From the IMG/VR virus record IMGVR_UViG_3300044620_000182, positions 1 through 30,114 of that record: a stretch of 30,114 bases of DNA; one strand, written 5' to 3'. The first letter of the stretch is position 1. Every line of letters starts with the position of its first letter. The stretch is from a virus. Lineage: Duplodnaviria; Caudoviricetes. Position numbers and translations under genes: made by a program. The notes beneath the pieces were generated by a model. It searched no databases, had not been told where the DNA came from, and worked only from the letters and a program-made list of their open reading frames with translations. This document shows positions 24,562 to 30,114 of this stretch, one piece after another.

Positions 24562-25622
24562 GAAAGAAATCAGATAAGATTTTTGACCTGGACTTCTGCG
24601 AGGCATCTATCAAAACCTTTGCAGGGCAGAGAGATTCAATGCTGCAAAACTTCAGGAAAGGTAAGGAGGCAGGATCGAAGACCTATGTGAGGGACATTGA
24701 CCAAATCAGTAGTGGAGGTATTCAAAATAAAATGTGGTCTTGGAAGGCAGGAGAATTTAACCTGTGGACAGGCTACAATAATGAAGGAAAGTCACAGTTC
24801 CTGATCTTTCTTTGTGTTCTAAAAGCAATAAATGAGGGTTGGAAGTTTGCTTTTTTTAGCCCTGAAAACTACCCGCCTGATGAGTTCTTTGATGACATCA
24901 TCCACACGATACTTGGAAAAAGTACGGATAGATTCTACAAGAATTTTGATGTGAGTGAGCAGGAATATTTGAAGGCTTTTGACATGGTAAAGGACTCTTT
25001 CTACTTTGTCTATCCAGAAAAGAATGGGGTGCCTGATTTTACTATCGAGCAGATAGAATCAGTATTCGAATTCCTTGTATGGGAGAAAGATGTCAAGGCG
25101 GTGGTTGTAGATCCGTACATCAAGATACGGCACGAGATGACAGCGGGAGAGCCTGAACACCTGTATGCTTCTAGGTTCATGATGGATCGGATCAACTTCA
25201 CACGGAAGAATAATGTATCCTATCACCTTGTAATGCACCAGACTACACCTAGGAAGGAGAAGGATGGAAACTACCCTCCACCTAGCCTATACCAAATCAA
25301 AGGAGGTGGAACATTTGCAGACTCTACGGACAATTCTATCTCAGTATGGAGACCGAACAGGGCTACTGATCCAAATGATACCACAGTCATCATTAAAACT
25401 GATAAGATTAAAAAGCAGAAATTGGTAGGTGTACCTTTCGAAATTGAGATAGATTTCAATAGAAAAAAGAACAGGTACATGGGAAAGGATGGCTTTGACT
25501 ACTTTGAGAATGCGAAAAAAGTAACCGGTTCAGAACCGGTTCACGAACCAAGAGTAGAGAAATTTCACAGATCCGGAATAGAAGATTTTGAATTCAATCA
25601 GGAAACTATAACACCATTTTAA
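24558..25622 (+). CDS. SF4 (DnaB/T7 gp4/Twinkle-like) replicative helicase, no primase domain
   Basis: Walker A GYNNEGKS, FSPEN, Walker B VVVDPY, HLVMHQ and IKGGG.F motifs. Confidence 0.8.
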   Translation: MRKKSDKIFDLDFCEASIKTFAGQRDSMLQNFRKGKEAGSKTYVRDIDQISSGGIQNKMWSWKAGEFNLWTGYNNEGKSQFLIFLCVLKAINEGWKFAFFSPENYPPDEFFDDIIHTILGKSTDRFYKNFDVSEQEYLKAFDMVKDSFYFVYPEKNGVPDFTIEQIESVFEFLVWEKDVKAVVVDPYIKIRHEMTAGEPEHLYASRFMMDRINFTRKNNVSYHLVMHQTTPRKEKDGNYPPPSLYQIKGGGTFADSTDNSISVWRPNRATDPNDTTVIIKTDKIKKQKLVGVPFEIEIDFNRKKNRYMGKDGFDYFENAKKVTGSEPVHEPRVEKFHRSGIEDFEFNQETITPF

Positions 25623-26693
25623 ATGAAAGACAATAAGCACAGATTCCCGTACAAATGGAATCTAAAGGATGCAGTATTTACCAAGGATAAAGGAAAAGTT
25701 TTTTCCTGCTTTGCCTGCGGTGGAGGTTCTACAATGGGCTACAAGTTAGCCGGGTTTGATGTTCTAGGATGTAATGAGATTGATCCTAAAATGATGGAAG
25801 CATATAAGGCTAATCACAATCCAAAGTATTCTTTTCTTGAGGGTATCCAAACGTTCAAACTTAGAGAGGATCTTCCAGAAGAATTTTATAACCTTGACAT
25901 ACTTGACGGCTCACCTCCATGCAGTTCATTCTCTATGGCAGGGAATAGGGAATCCGATTGGGGAAAGGAAAAGAAATTTAGAGAAGGCCAGGCTGATCAA
26001 GTACTTGATACTTTGTTTTTTGATTTTATTGATTTAGCAAAAAAACTACAGCCAAAAGTAGTAGTGGCTGAGAATGTAAAAGGCTTACTTCTAGGAAATG
26101 CTATTGAGTACGTTAAGAAGATTTATAAGGAGTTTGACCAGGCAGGATACTATTGCCAGCATTGGCTACTTGATGCCTCAAAAATGGGAGTACCACAAAG
26201 AAGGGAAAGAGTATTCTTTATTTGCTTAAGAAAAGATATTGCAAAGCCTTTCCTTCAGCAAGTTGATTTCTTTACATCTCTTCCTAAATTAGGTTTAGAT
26301 TTTAAAGAACCTGAAATAAAGTTTAAAGAAATTGAGGATTTAAATGCTGAACTTATTCCTATTCATGAAACTGTAAAAGAATTGTGGTATAAAACTAATC
26401 CTGGTGAAAGTTTTGCAGATGCACATCCAAAGGGGCACTATTTTGGTGAAATAAAAATGCATCCAGAAAAGGTATGTAATACTATTATAGCAAATTCTAG
26501 TGGATCACATCTATATCACTATTCTATTCCTAGAATTTTAAATAATTATGAATACAAGAATGCAGGAACTTATCCTCAAGATTATAACTTTTTAAATAAT
26601 AAGCCTAAGTATTTAATTGGAATGAGTGTTCCACCGGTAATGACTGCACAAATTGCTACAGAAATTTATTTACAATGGCTTTCAAAAATTTAA
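25623..26693 (+). CDS. DNA (cytosine-5) methyltransferase, orphan
   Basis: FACGGG (motif I), GSPPCSSFS (IV), ENVKG (VI), PQRRER (VIII), IGMSVPP (X). Confidence 0.92.
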   Translation: MKDNKHRFPYKWNLKDAVFTKDKGKVFSCFACGGGSTMGYKLAGFDVLGCNEIDPKMMEAYKANHNPKYSFLEGIQTFKLREDLPEEFYNLDILDGSPPCSSFSMAGNRESDWGKEKKFREGQADQVLDTLFFDFIDLAKKLQPKVVVAENVKGLLLGNAIEYVKKIYKEFDQAGYYCQHWLLDASKMGVPQRRERVFFICLRKDIAKPFLQQVDFFTSLPKLGLDFKEPEIKFKEIEDLNAELIPIHETVKELWYKTNPGESFADAHPKGHYFGEIKMHPEKVCNTIIANSSGSHLYHYSIPRILNNYEYKNAGTYPQDYNFLNNKPKYLIGMSVPPVMTAQIATEIYLQWLSKI

Positions 26694-26695
26694 AA

Positions 26696-26872
26696 ATGAA
26701 AAAGATAATCAAGAGTTTCACACCTTCAAAGCAGGATCTGTTCAGCATTCAGTCTACCTTGCTTTCGATCTTTACCCTGCTCCATTTTGAATTTGAAGTA
26801 GGCTTTCTGTTTATGGTGATAGTAGCCCTGTACACTATCGGGATGGATCTAATCTATAAGGCTTGCAGATGA
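26696..26872 (+). CDS. small membrane protein
   Basis: ATG 26696; two hydrophobic stretches. Confidence 0.5.
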   Translation: MKKIIKSFTPSKQDLFSIQSTLLSIFTLLHFEFEVGFLFMVIVALYTIGMDLIYKACR

Positions 26873-27210
26873 TACAATTCAAGATAAATGAGAAGCCCAT
26901 GTCCGTCAATTTAGCCTGGCAGGGAAAGAGATTCAAAACAACTGCGTACAAGGACTATGAAAAGGGAATGATTTTAAGAATGCCAAAAGGTAAGATAGAT
27001 ACTGATGAGATGCTACGGGTAGAGTTCTTCTTTGGATTTAGCAACAAAGCAAGTGATCTAGATAATCCGGTCAAGTTACTCATGGACATAGCACAAAAAA
27101 AATATAGTTTCAATGACAAGATGGTCTTTGAATTAAATGTGAGGAAGTGCATTGTCAAGAAAGGTGAAGAATTTATTGAGATGGGGATCTATAAGATGCT
27201 ACCTTTTTAG
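26869..27210 (+). CDS. rusA: RusA-like Holliday junction resolvase
   Basis: KPMSVN, DLDNPVKLLMD and FND.MV motifs; ATGA-coupled start. Confidence 0.75.
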   Translation: MIQFKINEKPMSVNLAWQGKRFKTTAYKDYEKGMILRMPKGKIDTDEMLRVEFFFGFSNKASDLDNPVKLLMDIAQKKYSFNDKMVFELNVRKCIVKKGEEFIEMGIYKMLPF

Positions 27211-27230
27211 ACAAAAATTAACCTTTTACC

Positions 27231-27258
27231 TTGGATATTAATTTTAATACTATATTTG
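27231..27258 (+). promoter_or_regulatory. Bacteroidota-type promoter
   Basis: TTG(27231)-N17-TATATTTG(27251-27258), perfect TAnnTTTG. Confidence 0.65.
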
Positions 27259-27275
27259 AATAAATAACAAACTAA

Positions 27276-27485
27276 ATGAGCGTAGAAGAAGGAAGATTTA
27301 TCAGGCAAGCCAGGAAGAAAAGCGGCTTTACTCAGTTAGAACTTTGTAAGAAACTAGGCATAAGCCATGCACCGATTAACCAAGTTGAAAACGGATGGGA
27401 GTCAATCAGCCTTTTCAATCTTAGAATGATCTGCGAGGCAGTAGGTCTGGAGGTAGTCATCCGAGAAAAGAAACAGAATGCCTAG
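27276..27485 (+). CDS. XRE/Cro-family HTH regulator
   Basis: IRQARKKSGFTQLELCKKLGISHAPINQVENG. Confidence 0.85.
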   Translation: MSVEEGRFIRQARKKSGFTQLELCKKLGISHAPINQVENGWESISLFNLRMICEAVGLEVVIREKKQNA

Positions 27486-27729
27486 AATGCTCCCAAAATC
27501 CCGACTAGATTATTCTCTTGAGATCCGCTATAGGCTTTCAAGCGGAGAGTGGTCTAAGTGGATGAATAAGGGTAAGGGCAGTTTTCAAAGTATTGAAATA
27601 GTACAGCAGCAGATTAGACTCCTTGCGGCTTCATTTAAAGGCCGTGAGAAAGAGATCAGGTTCGAATGGAACGGATGGCTATGCGACTACGCAGGACTTC
27701 CCACAGGCGAAGTAATTAGCCTAAAATGA
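27478..27729 (+). CDS. hypothetical protein
   Basis: 83 aa, overlapping both neighbours. Confidence 0.55.
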   Translation: MPRMLPKSRLDYSLEIRYRLSSGEWSKWMNKGKGSFQSIEIVQQQIRLLAASFKGREKEIRFEWNGWLCDYAGLPTGEVISLK

Positions 27730-28211
27730 AAGCGATTGGATGGCTATATGACAATGAATTTAAATATGTTTTTCAGAACATAGGTAAAGACCTATGGGAA
27801 GATCTTAGGCAAGAGGTAGCGGTGATAGTCCTAGAATACGATCAGGAAAAACTCAGGGAATTAGAAGCCAAAGGAAAGCAGGTATTCAAGTTCTGGATTG
27901 TTAGGATCTGCTGCAATCAAACGAACAGCAAATATGGCAAATTCGGCAGGATGTATGCAGCCCTTGTACCCGTGGAAGACATAGTCAAATTTATCAAAGA
28001 AGAGGAGGAGATTGATAACAGCCAAGCGGTAGCAGATTCAATTTCAAAGATAGTCGAGGGGCTGTATTGGTACGATCAGGAAATACTCAAAATGTATGTA
28101 GAACTAGGTTCAGTTAGGAAGGTATCAAAGCAGACAGGCATACCACATACTTCAATTTTTATCACAATTAAAAACATAAGAAAATGTATCAAGCAGCAAC
28201 TAGTATACTAG
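27726..28211 (+). CDS. ECF-like RNA polymerase sigma factor / late transcription activator
   Basis: Region-2-like EDLRQEV...FKFWIVRI and region-4-like HTH SVRKVSKQTGIPHTSI; 161 aa. Confidence 0.65.
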   Translation: MKAIGWLYDNEFKYVFQNIGKDLWEDLRQEVAVIVLEYDQEKLRELEAKGKQVFKFWIVRICCNQTNSKYGKFGRMYAALVPVEDIVKFIKEEEEIDNSQAVADSISKIVEGLYWYDQEILKMYVELGSVRKVSKQTGIPHTSIFITIKNIRKCIKQQLVY

Positions 28212-28450
28212 GATCAATCGGGATTACCTTGATTTACTTTTACATCTTGAATGTACCTGCCATATTTACAAGGATCACAAAGAGAAAACTGGTCAAGCCT
28301 TTCTCCTGTTCCTTCTGTATGTCCTTCTGGATTAGCCTCTTTTTTCTAATCTTAAAAACGGATTTACTAGAAGCGATATTTATCAGTAGTATAGTACCCT
28401 TCATCTACCTAAATGTGGAGGATCATTTCACTAACAAATTTCAATCATGA
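28184..28450 (+). CDS. membrane protein with CxxC (DUF1360-like)
   Basis: Hydrophobic segments around KPFSCSFCMSFW. Confidence 0.55.
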   Translation: MYQAATSILGSIGITLIYFYILNVPAIFTRITKRKLVKPFSCSFCMSFWISLFFLILKTDLLEAIFISSIVPFIYLNVEDHFTNKFQS

Positions 28451-28797
28451 CTCCAGAAGATCACGAACTATTTAAGAAGCACTTTGAACTCTACGAGTGC
28501 TACAAAAAGCACGCTTTCATTCGCAACTATAGCAAGGAAGTATATGCGGAACTTATTCACTTGTATACTACCTATGTAAACCCTAAGCATAATTTTAGCC
28601 ATTGGTGCAGTTCATGTAGAGCAGAACTAGTCAACTACCTTTATGGATGGTACACCAATGACCAAAATACTACTTGGTACAGAAAGCAGCAGGAAGAGGA
28701 AGCAGCACAGGCTTTGCAGGAGGTAGAGGTAGCATTCACCACAGAGGCACCGGTGATAGAAAACAAGCCAATCAAGAGAAGAAGAAAAACCAAATAA
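28447..28797 (+). CDS. hypothetical protein with CxxC
   Basis: HWCSSCRAEL motif; basic C-terminus. Confidence 0.55.
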   Translation: MTPEDHELFKKHFELYECYKKHAFIRNYSKEVYAELIHLYTTYVNPKHNFSHWCSSCRAELVNYLYGWYTNDQNTTWYRKQQEEEAAQALQEVEVAFTTEAPVIENKPIKRRRKTK

Positions 28798-28805
28798 ATA
28801 AACAC

Positions 28806-29096
28806 ATGGACAGCAAACCAAAAACCAAACTAGGAAATGGGAAGAAAAGAAGTGATTCTTGGATTACGGCTTCCCTATGCCTATCAGATGCCGAGGCACA
28901 CGCCTATACCTACAACGGGAAGAAGTATGTCAACTTAAATGTAAACATCTACGATAAGCCGAACGAATACGGAAAGGATGTGGCAATCAGTTTGAATGAT
29001 TACAAGAAAGAGGAAGGGGCAAAGCCACAGGCAAACAAGATGCCTGCTACTCCTGCAACTCCTTACCAGGCTGAAGACTACGATCTACCCTTCTAA
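28806..29096 (+). CDS. putative single-stranded DNA-binding protein
   Basis: ATG 28806; beta-rich core (GKKYVNLNV), flexible linker and acidic EDYDLPF tail like an SSB C-terminus. Confidence 0.5.
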   Translation: MDSKPKTKLGNGKKRSDSWITASLCLSDAEAHAYTYNGKKYVNLNVNIYDKPNEYGKDVAISLNDYKKEEGAKPQANKMPATPATPYQAEDYDLPF

Positions 29097-29098
29097 CT

Positions 29099-29224
29099 AT
29101 GGCAAAGTTCAAACTAGAAGTGGAGGAAGGATTCTATGAATCGGACAGCCTTACATCCCTGATCCTTGAGGTGCTGAAGCATAGGTTTTGGCATCTCAGG
29201 ACTCATGGTAAGTGGATGGATTAA
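29099..29224 (+). CDS. 41-aa hypothetical protein, not in ORF track
   Basis: MAKFKLEVEEGFYESDSLTSLILEVLKHRFWHLRTHGKWMD*. Confidence 0.55.
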   Translation: MAKFKLEVEEGFYESDSLTSLILEVLKHRFWHLRTHGKWMD

Positions 29225-29257
29225 AAAGAAAACATAAACATCAAATCAATAAAAATC

Positions 29258-29443
29258 ATGTCAAACTTTCAATTGAATTTTAACAGTCCTAAAAAGGTAG
29301 TAAGCATCACACTAGATGAAGAGGAAGGAATCTTTCAACTTGCTTACTTGTTTAAAAAGTTACTAGATGATGCAGGAATCCCGAACAAATTAGAGGAGAA
29401 AGATGTAGAAGTAGTAGAGGCTACAGAAGAGAATAGCAACTAA
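29258..29443 (+). CDS. hypothetical protein
   Basis: 61 aa, A-rich leader. Confidence 0.55.
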   Translation: MSNFQLNFNSPKKVVSITLDEEEGIFQLAYLFKKLLDDAGIPNKLEEKDVEVVEATEENSN

Positions 29444-29462
29444 ATAGACAAAAATCCACAAA

Positions 29463-29804
29463 ATGGACTTAAAAAAGAAAGCATTTCTTGAAGCCTATAA
29501 AAAGGCCTTTGGTAACATATCAAAGGCCTGCAAGGCTACCAATATGGACAGGGGGACTTTCTATGATTGGAAGGTCAAAGATCCTGATTTCATGGCTGCA
29601 TTAGAATCTATTGAGCCTGATGAAGACTTTGCTGATTTTGTGGAGGATGCCTTAGTAGAAAAGATTAAGGATAAAGATACTACTGCTATCATTTTCGCCT
29701 GCAAAACCAAACTTAAAAAGAGGGGCTATGTAGAACGGCAGGAGATTACCGGTGCAGATGGGAAAAAGGTATTCGAGGTGAAGATCGTGGATGACGGCAA
29801 TTAG
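29463..29804 (+). CDS. terS: terminase small subunit
   Basis: HTH GNISKACK...TFYDW, TAIIFACKTK..KRGYVERQEITGADG; directly upstream of terL. Confidence 0.75.
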   Translation: MDLKKKAFLEAYKKAFGNISKACKATNMDRGTFYDWKVKDPDFMAALESIEPDEDFADFVEDALVEKIKDKDTTAIIFACKTKLKKRGYVERQEITGADGKKVFEVKIVDDGN

Positions 29805-30114
29805 TATAAAAACAAATAAGGTATTTCGCCATCTTGAGAGTAGTAAAAGCAAGATAGTAGTACAGCAAGGTGGCACGAGATCAGGGAAGACCTACAATAT
29901 CCTTCTCTGGATTATTTTTTCATACTGCGAAAAGAACAGCGGTAAGATCATCACTATATGCCGGAAGACATACCCTGCTTTGAGGGGTACTGTCATGCGT
30001 GACTTTTTAACTATCCTTAAGGATCACGAGATATACTCGGAAGATGACCACTCAAAGACAGCATCTGAATACAAACTAAATGGAAACACCATTGAATTCA
30101 TTTCTCTTGATATG
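29791..30114 (+). CDS. terL: terminase large subunit (PBSX-type), 3'-truncated, not in ORF track
   Basis: MTAISIKTNKVF...QGGTRSGKTY (Walker A)...ICRKTYPALRGTVMRDF; runs off the window. Confidence 0.88.
   Translation, partial: MTAISIKTNKVFRHLESSKSKIVVQQGGTRSGKTYNILLWIIFSYCEKNSGKIITICRKTYPALRGTVMRDFLTILKDHEIYSEDDHSKTASEYKLNGNTIEFISLDM

Overview
About 30 kb of a tailed dsDNA phage (siphovirus-like Caudoviricetes), probably most of a small genome. The host is inferred to be Bacteroidota from TAnnTTTG-type promoters, A-rich leaders lacking Shine-Dalgarno sequences, and the gene families present. Order on + strand: tail-chaperone remnant, tail proteins, tail fibre with a C-terminal S74-type chaperone domain, tape measure, XkdF-like protease, scaffold, major capsid, tail tube, portal, head-tail proteins and lysis cassette. 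A short minus-strand operon follows, then early genes (ERF, Gp157, HTH proteins), replication genes (initiator with internal iterons, SF4 helicase, C5 methyltransferase, RusA), a sigma-like factor, and terS/terL (terL truncated at the window end). No integrase, tRNA or CRISPR array was seen. The most notable signals are non-coding: (1) a bipartite motif at fixed distance before four virion-gene ATGs, suggesting phage-sigma promoters that make leaderless mRNAs; (2) a three-hairpin leader before the replication initiator with loop-loop complementarity to its own terminator; (3) duplicated promoter-gene-hairpin early cassettes; (4) apparent total absence of AGCT. Also notable are a portal carrying a winged-HTH-like domain and repeat-bounded tail-fibre modules. 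All calls come from reading the sequence by eye, with no database searches.
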